Assembly (NCBI GenBank): GCA_964019335.1
Contig: OZ025669.1
Coordinates: forward strand, 434,001 to 498,000
From: Diplonema japonicum
Taxonomy: Eukaryota > Protista > Euglenozoa: Diplonemea
Direction of reading: 5' to 3'
DNA: 64,000 nucleotides
Part shown: in pieces, positions 1 through 10,668 of the stretch
Layout: every line of letters begins with the position of its first letter
Numbering within the stretch: the first letter of the stretch is position 1
Made by a program: the position numbers and the translations under genes
Notes under the pieces: model-generated
Seen by the model: the letters and a program-made list of their open reading frames with translations, nothing else
What the model was told of the DNA's origin: nothing
Databases searched by the model: none

Positions 1-491
1 TATACAACGAAAGGGAGGGGATTATACCTCTACCCTTTTTTCCCCTGTTTCTTTTTTTTTTTCTTCAAAAAGTGTGTGTGGGGGGAAAGAAACGGGTGCA
101 AACGATATTCTGAGTTCAAAGGAGAAAAAAACGAAGGGGAAAGCAAGGGGGGGGGGGGGGGGGGGGGGTCAAAGGTGTCGAAATTAGGCCAAAGTTATAT
201 CTTGCACATTTGTGACGCAAAAAATCACCTATACCACCCCAAAATTTCCCAAAAAACCTTTTTTTTGGCCGAGCTTCGACGAAATATGCAAGTGGGATGC
301 CCTAAAAACGCCATTTTAATTTCTTTGGGACAGAACCGGTACAGTCACTGTCCACTGTCACCCAAAGGGTGGGGGGAGGGGGGGGACAAGGAGAAGGATA
401 CTTCAAACTTGCATCAGTTAGCGTATCAAAAGGGGGGGGAGGGGGAAAACATGAGATGGGGTGGGAAGAGCAAACTTGGATATTTTCCTTC

Positions 492-529
<38 letters not shown>

Positions 530-733
530 ACACACAGAAATTAAAATGTGCCAGCATGTGTGTACCTCCTCCCCTCTCCTCCCCATAAGAAAGAGAAAAA
601 AAAACACTAAGAAAAAAAAAAGAATTGTTTGAAAAGAAAGCGAAGAGTTTACCTTACGCTTCCCCATCCCCCCGTCGAGTTTTTTATATACAGAAAGCAC
701 ACCACAACTCCCCCCCCCCTTCTTCTTCTTTTT

Positions 734-1314
734 CTACAGGCATATCGCGGCTCTGTGGCTGAAAGCCTTGGTGTATTCACTGAAGTCAATACCCCCCTTG
801 GCGGAAAGGTTATGTTTCTTCATGGTGGCATCAACAAGAGAGCTAATGTGCGAATCCTATTTTTTTTTCTCTTTTTTTTTGTTTTCACACATACGTCCAG
901 GGTGAGGTAGTTGGACTCAAGGCATGACTTGAGAACAAGGAACAAGTCCTCCCTTGAGATTTCACCGTCCTGGTCAACGTCGTAAATCTTGAACAGAAGC
1001 TTCAGCTTGCCTTCCTCCGTAATGTGCTTGTTCTTGTTTTGGTAAATAGACAGCGAGATCACAAACTCCTGGAAGTCAACGAACCCATCGTGGTCCGCAT
1101 CGAACATCCTGAAGAGGCCGTCGACGAAGGTAGAGCTCCCCTGGCTGGAGAGCATATCTTTGAACTCTTCCCTGTCGATGAGGCCGTCATCCTTCCTAGC
1201 CGCCGCGAGCTTCTTGAAGTTGTCCTGCATATTTCTAATCTCGTCGGCGCTGAAGGAGGTCTTCTCGGTCAGCCCAGCGATCACCTTCTCATCCTCAGGA
1301 GACACCACAGGCAT
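734..1314 (-). CDS. Calcineurin B-like / NCS-type EF-hand calcium sensor (2 exons)
   Basis: EF-hand loops DADHDGFVDFQE and DVDQDGEISRED. Removing a GT-AG intron at 857-894 (38 nt) restores the C-terminus DSHISSLVDATMKKHNLSAKGGIDFSEYTKAFSHRAAICL*. Confidence 0.88.
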
Positions 1315-1387
1315 GTTTATTTCTTTCTTACTCTTGTGTATTCTGAACGCGGTTTGGTGTGGTGTGGAAAAAAAGAGAAAACATGGG

Positions 1388-1421
<34 letters not shown>

Positions 1422-1440
1422 CAAGCAAGAGTTGTAAAAC

Positions 1441-4400
1441 TCACGGCACGAATTCCCTCGAGAACAAAGTAACATCGCTTGCCCAAGCGTCCTCCCATAC
1501 GGGTACCTCGGGGTGCGTGATAACCTTCTGTGCGTTCAACGGTGTGTCAAACCCGAGGTTCGTCTTGATTCTGTCATTGTTGACTAGAGAAGCGTGCTCA
1601 GTCCATGCTCTAGACTTGCTTGCGCTTGGGTTGCGGTGTTTGAGGGGTGCTAGCCTTGTTTGAACCGAGTTTGGCGTTTCCAAGCCGTCTCTCTGCATAG
1701 GCGGTAGGCAGACATGCTGGAAACCCATCTTGGTGCAGTGCCCCAATACCATGGACTTCGGTATTGTGGGGCGGGACAGGTGGACAATGACACACCCATC
1801 GGGTGCGACCTTTAGGGGCCAGTCTGTGGGTGTCACGACGTCCCTCGGTGATGCAATGACCACCACTTGCACACCATTTGTGCGGAAGATAGCAGCCTCA
1901 CCGACATTGCTGCAGACGATCATCAGTGCGTTGTCCATGATGAGCTCCACAGAGAAGACGGCTGTGTCAAGGGCTTTGAAACAACTTACTAGTGAAGCGG
2001 GTTCCATGTGCTGAACGCCTCGCACGTCGATCACTGATAGGTACCCCATGGAGTCCCCAACAAGCAGTTGGTGGTCGCCGAGACCTGTCATAGCCGTCAT
2101 CATCGCATCTGTGGTGTAAGCTGCCTCTGTCCACCCCTTCAGCTCGCCGTCTGACCAGAATGTCACACGTGGCGACAGCAGTGACACGCACAGCAGGCTG
2201 TTCACGAATGCGATTTTCAGCGGTGCTCCCACGTGCGTTTTCTTTGTCGCGTTCCCCAACATCGTCGACACGAACTTCAACGCAGACACGCTTGTCTTCC
2301 ACCTCATTATAGACGGCTGTGGTTCGCCCTTCTGCACCGAGCTTCGCGTCAGCTCGCTCCTGTCCATGAAGATCACATTGATGTCGAACACCGCCTGCAC
2401 CACCACATTGTCGCTGAACTGCAGCAACGCCACGAAGCCCGACAGTGTCCCCACCGCCACAGTGCCGTGCACAAGTTCTGAGACCGCCGCAGAGCAGAAC
2501 ACCCCACGGCCATTAAGAAGTTCCTGCCGCAGTGGGATGCATGGTGTGTCCTTCATGCCCTGTACTTCACGCCATAACAAAAGCGAGTTGCACACGGTCG
2601 ACCCAGAAGCGATCCAAGTGTGGCCTTTCACGGGGAACACAGCAAGGAACAGAGATGAGAACTCAGCATACGGAATCATGAACCTTTTGAGGCGAAGGCC
2701 CACAAGGTAGTCCCACTGCTCGATACGCAAGTCGGTGCTCACGATGAGGTACTTGTGCGGCCTGACACATGCTGCAACGATGCGCTCGATAGCAATGGTC
2801 ATAAGCACCTCGCCACTAGTGAGGGACCACGCCTTGACAGCTGAGGCAGTGATCCCTATGATGTGCTCCTCCTTCCTGTTGTAGAGGGCAATGTGCACTG
2901 CGGTGGCTGCCGTGTTTTCCTGGAGGCTTTCGGCGGATACCGGCTTCGGTGTGGAAAGTGGTAGTCCCGATCCTTGTCCGAATGAAAGCAGGTGGGAACA
3001 GGCACCCACGAGCAACCTGCGGTGCTTGTAGTCGTACGCCAGACCGCTCAACGTGTCCTTCGGATACCTTCTACTGCGGTCCGTGAATGTCATGATGCAT
3101 TTGAAGTTCGTCGTTTCCCACACTTTAATGGTCTTTTCGGCGCTGCTTAACGTCACGAGGTGTGTGACGTTCTGGCCTTTTGCATCCTTCTCTTCAATCC
3201 ATAGCAGCGCAGTTACAGCAGCCTTGTGGTCAGACAGAATGTGCATGTGGGTAGTAACGTGGTTACGAATGTAGACCTTCGAGGAACCTGAGATAGACGC
3301 CGCCATCTGCAGGTTGGAGCTGTAGTCGAAGTCAAGAACACCGCTACCGGACCCCTCGCGGATGGAGGGCATGGCCGCCGTGACGCTGTTCTTGTCAACG
3401 TTCACCACCTTGATGGTGTTGTCCAACGACGAGATGAACATGTAACGCCGCTCCACAAAGTACGACACGGAGGTGATCGCAACGTTATGCGACCTTATGA
3501 CAAAGCATGGGTGCAGGACAGGCACCGTCGTGAGAAGCGCGTAGATAAGAACCTGCCCCGTGTCGGTTCCTAGTGCTACCAACTCACCATCCACTCGGAG
3601 GAGTACCTGCGGTATACTTTTGATACACGATATCGAGTCTTGCAACCGTTCAAGAGTGCAGTACTGTTGCTGGCATGTCTTATGCACCAACATGCATCTG
3701 TCTATTCGATGCGAGAGGTCTTTAGCAGTTTGCATTAAACGGGCTTTCGGGTCGTTAGTCTCAAAGGGATCCTCGCCTTTGGACACGGCGTGCGTTTGCA
3801 TACCACCGTTGAGGAAGGTCGCACCCATAAAAGTACGGACGTTGGTCGTGCCTTGCGGGGAGCAGCTGTACATGTGCATGCATTTGTCGGTTCGTGCAAT
3901 GAGCAGGTGGCTTCCGGTGTAGGTAAGCACCATTCCGGCAACCCTGGCAGTCCCCGGGTCGAAAATTGTGGTTTCGTACGATAAATCTCGCGACTGCCAT
4001 GATTTGACAATACCGTCCTCAGCGAGCGTGTAATATCTGTCGCAGCTTGGCTTTGCTAGAATAGTACGGATGGCTGTCTTGTGGTAGAGGTGCTTATTTC
4101 GAGGGTATGCCTTGCAGGTGTTCAACAGCGTGAAATGATCTGCAGTTTCACAAGTGTCAAGACTCTCCACATCGCCGGACACGAGAAACGTTGAAAATTC
4201 GTTCCAGCTGACGTACCCGTTGTTGTCGGTGTTGAGCTTTTTGAATATAACCCTCGGGTCGTCCATGTTGTCAAAGGGACCTTCGAAGGCACCGGTTTCT
4301 GTCTCGAAGAGATGTAGGAATTCTTCAAGAGCGACGCCTTCACGGCCGTTTGCATTCTTAACCATGAAAAGTTTTTGAAGTGTTTGGAGGTCCTGCCAAT

Positions 4401-4962
4401 CGGTTGTATTGTGCACGCTGCGAAGCTGTTCTATGAAATGTAGTTTGGCTGTATTGGCTTCTTCCTGTAACCGGAGGAGCTTTGTGGCAGGGTCTTCGAC
4501 ATGTGGGTGCATACATTGAAATTTGTAAGAACCCGTAGCTTGTACCGTGTGTGATGTTAATGTTTTTGTAATTGTTTTCGCCTTCGCCCGGATCGCCGCC
4601 GCACTAACATCTGATGAGAGAAAGAACAATTCCCGGAGAAGGACGGAAAATTGCGAGATGTTCAACCGGCCTTCCTTTTCGGTGCCTGTTTCGTAGCTTG
4701 CGAATTTTTCGGACAAGCCTTTATGGGATGGGAGCTCACCGGGGGTGGAAATGAAGCACATGGCCTCGATGACTTCTCGTGCCTCCGAGTAGCTCAGGTA
4801 GCCGTCCCCATTTTTGTCGTATCTTTCAAACTCTTTTTTAACCAGTTCGTCGAATTTTGGTCTATCCATGAGGACCTCCATCACCTTCATCGCTGCATCT
4901 GGTCTCGGGGGGCCCCTGGTGTACATCTTCGTTGTGATTGTGTCAGTTAGTCGCTTTGCCAT
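1441..4962 (-). CDS. EF-hand plus WD40-repeat protein (WDR49/EFCAB8-like architecture)
   Basis: Intronless 1173-aa ORF. EF loops DKNGDGYLSYSE and NTDNNGYVSWNE, followed by WD-like repeats (TLAEDGIVKSW, SSLDNTIKVV, EKTIKVWE). Confidence 0.85.
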   Translation of the reverse strand: MAKRLTDTITTKMYTRGPPRPDAAMKVMEVLMDRPKFDELVKKEFERYDKNGDGYLSYSEAREVIEAMCFISTPGELPSHKGLSEKFASYETGTEKEGRLNISQFSVLLRELFFLSSDVSAAAIRAKAKTITKTLTSHTVQATGSYKFQCMHPHVEDPATKLLRLQEEANTAKLHFIEQLRSVHNTTDWQDLQTLQKLFMVKNANGREGVALEEFLHLFETETGAFEGPFDNMDDPRVIFKKLNTDNNGYVSWNEFSTFLVSGDVESLDTCETADHFTLLNTCKAYPRNKHLYHKTAIRTILAKPSCDRYYTLAEDGIVKSWQSRDLSYETTIFDPGTARVAGMVLTYTGSHLLIARTDKCMHMYSCSPQGTTNVRTFMGATFLNGGMQTHAVSKGEDPFETNDPKARLMQTAKDLSHRIDRCMLVHKTCQQQYCTLERLQDSISCIKSIPQVLLRVDGELVALGTDTGQVLIYALLTTVPVLHPCFVIRSHNVAITSVSYFVERRYMFISSLDNTIKVVNVDKNSVTAAMPSIREGSGSGVLDFDYSSNLQMAASISGSSKVYIRNHVTTHMHILSDHKAAVTALLWIEEKDAKGQNVTHLVTLSSAEKTIKVWETTNFKCIMTFTDRSRRYPKDTLSGLAYDYKHRRLLVGACSHLLSFGQGSGLPLSTPKPVSAESLQENTAATAVHIALYNRKEEHIIGITASAVKAWSLTSGEVLMTIAIERIVAACVRPHKYLIVSTDLRIEQWDYLVGLRLKRFMIPYAEFSSLFLAVFPVKGHTWIASGSTVCNSLLLWREVQGMKDTPCIPLRQELLNGRGVFCSAAVSELVHGTVAVGTLSGFVALLQFSDNVVVQAVFDINVIFMDRSELTRSSVQKGEPQPSIMRWKTSVSALKFVSTMLGNATKKTHVGAPLKIAFVNSLLCVSLLSPRVTFWSDGELKGWTEAAYTTDAMMTAMTGLGDHQLLVGDSMGYLSVIDVRGVQHMEPASLVSCFKALDTAVFSVELIMDNALMIVCSNVGEAAIFRTNGVQVVVIASPRDVVTPTDWPLKVAPDGCVIVHLSRPTIPKSMVLGHCTKMGFQHVCLPPMQRDGLETPNSVQTRLAPLKHRNPSASKSRAWTEHASLVNNDRIKTNLGFDTPLNAQKVITHPEVPVWEDAWASDVTLFSREFVP

Positions 4963-5787
4963 TGTTTCCCTTTTTTTTTTTTTTTTTTTACATTTTCTAT
5001 TTGTATGTGGCGGTATGAATGTTTTTATTTTTCATTTTTCAAAGAAAAGTAAAAAGGGGGTAAAAAAAAAAAAGAAGGAAAAAAAAAAGTAAAAAAGTGA
5101 GAAGAACCTACTATGAGTCACATCAAAAAAAAAAAGAAAAAGAAAAAGAAAAAAAATGGATGGGGATGGGGGAGAGAAAAAAAAAAAGTAAAACACTGTA
5201 AAAAAAAGGGGGGATTGAGAGAGGGCTGTGAGGAAAATTTGATTTTTTCTTGTTTTTTTTTTTTTTTTTTATTATTCAAGGCCTATTTTTTTAAATCCTT
5301 TTCCCCCTGTTTTCCCTCCCCCATTACTTTCTTTTTATTTCTTTTTTTTTCTTCTTCCCAGCACGTTAGTCTAAGAGGCATAGAGAGGGAGCACAGCAAC
5401 GTGGTATAATTATCTGAAAGACAAGGAAACACAAAAAAAAGAAAGAAAGAAAGAAGGAAAGGGGGGATGAAAAAGAATTTTCAAAAGGCAGAAATATAAA
5501 AGAAAAATAAAAAAAAAGAAAACACCAAAAAAAAAAAAAAAAAAAAAAGAATTCTTTGTGAGAGAAGAAGGGGGGTGAAAAGGGAAATGGGGGTTGTACA
5601 AAAAAAAAAAAAAAAAAAAAAACCCCTTTTCCCCCCCTTCTTTTTCCTTTTTTTTTTTTCTTTTTTTTTTCCCACACACCACACCCTTATAAGAAAAAAA
5701 GTTTATTTCCCGGATATTTTTTTTTTTTAAAAGGCTGTTTTTTTTTTTTTTTTTTTCTTATTTTTAAATATTCTCAAGAACGCTTCC

Positions 5788-6502
5788 TCAGTTCTTTGTG
5801 GGGGTGCTTTTGCGCCCGGGGGAGGCCTTCTTCTTGGGGGAGCTCTTGGCGGCGGCGGTCGCCTTCGCTTCGCTTGCCTTGGAAGCCACCTTCTTGGCAC
5901 GAAGGTTGTTGCTGGACTGGTTGTAGAAGAAGAAAGGCATGCCAAGAGGAATGAGGAGGAGGAGGACGAAGGTCAACCACTCCTTGGTCCTCCTGGACGA
6001 CTTCTTCTCGAATTCGGCCTCAGTCAGCACAGGCACACCATCAAGGGAGCCCGCAGAGGTAGTGTCATAAACATGGTTGGAGAAGGCAGCCTTCACAAGC
6101 TCAGAGGACGAGTCGTCCTTGAAGGTAACCTTCGCGGGCTCAGAGCCCATCACACCGGCCTCTTTAGGGATCACGACGTAGCTGACGGTCTTGCTGTCGC
6201 CAGGGGCAATGGTGTCCCACTCCTTCTTGGCACCGGTACCCTCGATGTTGGTCCACTTGCTGTCGTCAAGAGCAACGTTGAAGGCAGCGCTCTCGCCGAG
6301 GTTGAACACGTTGACAGTCACCTATAAGTTTTTTTTTTTTTTTTTTTGTTTTTTTTTTTTGTTCCCATACCGTCAAGTTCATCCCGATCACCACGTCCTC
6401 CACGCTGAGCTCCTTGAACACTGCGAGGCTCGCGCCGGTCCTCGTCTCGTCACCCATGGCACAGGCCGCTGCCGCGAACAGAATCATCGCCGACTTCATC
6501 AT
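5788..6502 (-). CDS. SSR2: Translocon-associated protein beta (TRAP-beta) (2 exons)
   Basis: Signal peptide, then VVIGMNLT|VTVNVFNLGESAAFNVALDD, WDTIAPG, YVVIPK and a TM segment EWLTFVLLLLIPLGMPFFFY. Intron 6322-6370 (49 nt) joins the two frames. Confidence 0.85.
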
Positions 6503-6580
6503 TTTTTTTTTTTTTTGTGTTTTTTTTTTTTTTTTTTTGTTGGGGAGATAAAATATGCTCCTGGTAAAAAAAAAGAGGGT

Positions 6581-6618
<38 letters not shown>

Positions 6619-7413
6619 CTTTTTTTTCTAAAGGGTCCACCCAATTCAACCTACTCTTTACTGGGCCAATGTGCTACATCGGCACGTGCAGACATCAACT
6701 ACTGACATAGCCGAAGAATTGGGTATTTTCCGGAGTGAAATAAAATTGGGGTTCGGTGAATGAGTGCAATATAAAAAAAAAAATAGAAAGAAAGCGAGAG
6801 AAAGAGAGGGAATATAATTTTTCGTTTTCTTTTTTTTTTTTTTTTTAGTGCCTAGGTAGCAGCGGTGCAAAAAAAAAAAAAAAAAAAAAAAAAAAAGGAA
6901 TATTTTGCTAAGACAAAGTCAAAGGCTCGTTCTCGAAGGGGATTTTAAAAAAAAGGAATTTAAAAAAGAAAGAAAGGACAGAGAGAGGTAATCAGGAAGA
7001 AAAAAAAAAAAAAAAAAAGACTTCTTGGTTTTTCTTTTTTTTTTTTCTTTCCGTTATATGGTTCTTAGCTGAAACGGGAAAAAAAAACTATTCTTTTAAG
7101 GTATGCGTTTTTGCGCTCACCGGCGCTGTGGCCGGAAAAAAAAAAAAAAAAAAAAAAGAAGAGGAATTGACCGTTGTTTGTACGTTTCCAGGGTAGACAA
7201 ACCTGAACAGCAGATTGTAACCCCCCCAAAAAAAAAATACAAGCTGTCAACGTCCCCCCCTTTTTTATTGTTTCTGACGGGAAAGTGTAAGACGTTTAAG
7301 GGGGGGTAAGCCCTCCCCCCCAAAAAAAAGAATTGAGTTTTTTTTCCTCTTCTTTCTTTTTCTTTTCTTTCTTCTATTTGCATTCCCTTACCTCTTCAGA
7401 GGAGGGAAATTAT

Positions 7414-9660
7414 TTAAATACGGCACCCCTCAGTAGTGAGGGTAGCGTACCCAGTGGGAGACAACCTGCAACGAACCTCAATGGGCGTCGTTCTGTAAAA
7501 TGTAAGTGCGACCTCTTCGTGGGGTGCACCCTGCACCGCGACAGCAAGCACGTCACCACGAACAGTGACAGCGACAACACGCTGAGTGGACACAGGAACC
7601 CACTTCGAGAGCTCCCCAAGCAGTGCCCACCCGTTGCTCTGGATAGGGGCAAAATACAATAAGTCGAAATCGTCCCGTGAGTTAGGCGGCTTCAGGGCCA
7701 CGACTCCATTAGCAGGTTGGATCTCCACCACCACCAGCCCTGTGAAGGACTTCGTGTTCCTTGTGTAGCAAACGGTTTTCTCAACAACACCTGTTTCCCT
7801 GTCCAATGTCAGCTCCGAGAGCTTCATCCCGTACTGCGTCTCGACCATTGCGAACACTATGTCGTACCTGTCAGCACCTATGGTGGTGTACGTTGACCAC
7901 ACGTGTCCTTTGGGCCCTGTGCCGCCTCCCTTTTTGTAGATGTACGAATCAAGGTATGTCATTGGCCTTGATGGTCTAAGCAACATCCCGTCGTTTCTGC
8001 ATGATCTCATGATCATGCTTTTATTCATGAAGGGCATCCCATCCGCAGGGGTTACCGGTCCGTTGGAAAGAGTTGCCACTGCTGCTGCTCTCCACACGTC
8101 GGGGTTCGTTGTGTTGCCGCACGAGCCGCCGGGTTCTTGTGTTGAAGTCCAGAAGTTGGATTTAAACGGTGCCAGTCCCACAGCGTGTGCCAGGATCGAC
8201 GAGCCTCCGATGTCCCAGTTCCCGGGTGCTGTGTCACCGCCCGGTGTGTAGTCGTCGCTTGCCCTCACGTGCGTCACAACAGGGATCTCTACAGATTGCA
8301 GGACGTGGCGTGCGTACGGCATGCTGTACTGGATTGTCATCCCGCTTTCCATGGCAGCCCTCCCCATCTGCATCAGCCAGTTTCTTCCCATCGTCGCGCT
8401 TCTCTGCAAAGCGGGTACGTTGTTGAACTCGCTGAGCAGCCAGTCCTGCTGGTAGGTTGTCAGCCCCCACATCTTACTCTTTCCCAACAGATAGTTCCAG
8501 AAGTCCTGTTTCATCGGAACCACAAAGTGCTCGGGGCCGTCGTCGGAGAAGGTGAACGAGCCCCCGTTGCTGGCGGAGTAAGGTGTGCTGCGGTCCCAGA
8601 ATCTGTTGTTCCCGATCACCTTCCACTCCGTCTTGTCGGTAAAGGTTTTCAAGGCGTTGTCCCCGCCAGGGAAGAAGGTGATGGGCGTGGCTGTCCAGTT
8701 TGTGACACCCTTCTGCGATCCCTTGTAGTACCACCACGAGTCGAGGAGGATGAACTTGAAGGGGATCTGTTGCACCCGAGCCTGTTCATGAACCGCAAGC
8801 ATGGTGTCACCCATCGTCATGTTGGGAGCAGGGTGGTAGTAGTAGTAAGAACCGTGATCGGTGTTGTAGCCAAGCAGACGCAGCACGGGGTCGGCATCGC
8901 GGTAAGCGGTGGTCTTCCCGAACAGCTTCATCAACATGGTGCCGCATTGCGTCACAGCGTTGTTGATACCCATATCACTGTAGCTGATCATGGTGGTGAT
9001 GCTGAAGCCGGCTGGGATGTCGGTCACACCGCCCATGACACCTGAGACAAGGTCGCCGTTCACTGTCTCGAAGCTCTGCGATATGAACTGGCTGCCGTGT
9101 GTCAGGACAAGAACATCAGTTGACATTAGGTCGAAGATGGCATGGGGCCCACCGCCCCTACCCGTTGACGTAGTAGCCGGCCACGAGCCAATAAGGGGGC
9201 CGGCGTTACCGTTGTTCATAAACGCACCGCCCCATGCCATGCAGCCGAGGTCGAGCCCGACACGGCTTTGCAGCTTGAAGGTAGGAAACCTCGAGCATGT
9301 TGTGTCAGAAGAGCGGCCTGAGTTGCTCTGCTTCATCCCTGTTGTGAAGTTCGTTGTGAACGACACGAGCCGCCCGTCGGTGTACTGTTTTACAATCGCG
9401 TGTACCGTGAAGGTGGGCGTGCTGTACCTCATCACCGTCTGCATGAAGCCTCCCAACACGTCTTTCCCCGGTGTGGCAGGCTCCACAACAGGTAAAGGCG
9501 ACCACCACCCACTGTTCTCGAAGAACTCCGTCTTCCCGCTCTGCAACCAAGTCCTTCCGTTCACAAGCAGGTCATAAGCACCATTGGGTTGGATCTGCAC
9601 CTCTAATCCGCATTGCACCACAGCTATAGAGGTGAGTAGAATGGCTATGCGTGCCAGCAT
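7414..9660 (-). CDS. Secreted glycoside-hydrolase-like protein (LDSWWY / YQQDWL family)
   Basis: Intronless 748-aa ORF with signal peptide. Motifs GYNTDHGSYYYY, LLDSWWY, TYQQDWL, RASDDY and LSNGPVTPADG. Enzyme family is inferred from motif recollection only. Confidence 0.7.
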   Translation of the reverse strand: MLARIAILLTSIAVVQCGLEVQIQPNGAYDLLVNGRTWLQSGKTEFFENSGWWSPLPVVEPATPGKDVLGGFMQTVMRYSTPTFTVHAIVKQYTDGRLVSFTTNFTTGMKQSNSGRSSDTTCSRFPTFKLQSRVGLDLGCMAWGGAFMNNGNAGPLIGSWPATTSTGRGGGPHAIFDLMSTDVLVLTHGSQFISQSFETVNGDLVSGVMGGVTDIPAGFSITTMISYSDMGINNAVTQCGTMLMKLFGKTTAYRDADPVLRLLGYNTDHGSYYYYHPAPNMTMGDTMLAVHEQARVQQIPFKFILLDSWWYYKGSQKGVTNWTATPITFFPGGDNALKTFTDKTEWKVIGNNRFWDRSTPYSASNGGSFTFSDDGPEHFVVPMKQDFWNYLLGKSKMWGLTTYQQDWLLSEFNNVPALQRSATMGRNWLMQMGRAAMESGMTIQYSMPYARHVLQSVEIPVVTHVRASDDYTPGGDTAPGNWDIGGSSILAHAVGLAPFKSNFWTSTQEPGGSCGNTTNPDVWRAAAVATLSNGPVTPADGMPFMNKSMIMRSCRNDGMLLRPSRPMTYLDSYIYKKGGGTGPKGHVWSTYTTIGADRYDIVFAMVETQYGMKLSELTLDRETGVVEKTVCYTRNTKSFTGLVVVEIQPANGVVALKPPNSRDDFDLLYFAPIQSNGWALLGELSKWVPVSTQRVVAVTVRGDVLAVAVQGAPHEEVALTFYRTTPIEVRCRLSPTGYATLTTEGCRI

Positions 9661-9771
9661 GCTTTTTTCTTTTTTTTTTTTGTTGTTCTTTTCTTCTCAC
9701 TTCTATTATTTTTTAAAAAAGAATGACGGGAAAAAAAAGGGGGGGGGTGAAGGAAAGAAACGCAACTTTGT

Positions 9772-10269
9772 TTACAATAACTCTTTTCTACTACCTTCTA
9801 AGTTGGTGCCCATGGAGGAGGTGCTGACACGTCTGGACCCACACAGGCTCCAGTTTGGGGTGGAGTAGATGTCGCCAAGGTGGGGGATTGGAAGTGTTGT
9901 GGGTTTAAGTGGAGTGGGGTTCGGTGTGAGGGGCTGGGAGGCGGTACCAGCACGTAAAGTGAAAATAGCTCCACGCGGTGGGGAGGGGGACCTTGGGGAA
10001 AGCTGGTCTGACAGGCTAGTTATGGCCTCGTTGAGCTTCCCCAAGAGCTCCTGTGAAGGGACTCCTTTGTCCTCCTTCTCCTTCCCGCTCCTCCGCAAAA
10101 CCACCAGCTTCCACCATACCCAGTATCTCCTCCCCATCAACAGCTTCTCTGCACAACATATCAGCGCCTCGGCAGCCTTTTCGCACATCAACCTCAACTC
10201 CAAACTCAGTCCTCCCTTCCCATAGCCCTTATTGCTTATGATCACACCGTCTGCATTGGGGAACTGCAT
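9772..10269 (-). CDS. Hypothetical protein
   Basis: 165-aa ATG ORF, homopolymer-free, co-oriented with neighbours. No domain recognised. Confidence 0.55.
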   Translation of the reverse strand: MQFPNADGVIISNKGYGKGGLSLELRLMCEKAAEALICCAEKLLMGRRYWVWWKLVVLRRSGKEKEDKGVPSQELLGKLNEAITSLSDQLSPRSPSPPRGAIFTLRAGTASQPLTPNPTPLKPTTLPIPHLGDIYSTPNWSLCGSRRVSTSSMGTNLEGSRKELL

Positions 10270-10668
10270 GTCATCGTGTCTCCTTTTTGAAGAAAAAAAA
10301 AATAAAACGGCTCACTACTTCCACAATAAAATAAAAGAGAGAGAACAACGAATAATAATAAGAACGGATAAATAACATACCCAGGCAGGGGAGGGAGAAA
10401 GTGTAAGCGAGAAAAGAAACAAAACAAAAAAAAATTTGATAAATTTCGGTGTGCGGGTGGGTGCTCACCGTTCAGGGAGAAATTCACACTAATCGGTCAC
10501 CGTTCTGCGGTTGCTGTCTGGTGCCTGCAGTGGCTGTTTAAAAAAAAAATATCATTATGCCGGGGCAGAAATTTAAAAAAAAAAAAAAAAAAAGAAGAAT
10601 TTTCTAACCCTTTAAAGGGAAGCCTCCTCTCTTTTTCTTTTTTCTTTCTCTTTCTTTTGCTTCGTTTA

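Noticed and set aside
76-700. Poly-Lys/Phe/Gly ORFs here and across intergenic regions
   Set aside because: Artefacts of translating homopolymer runs.
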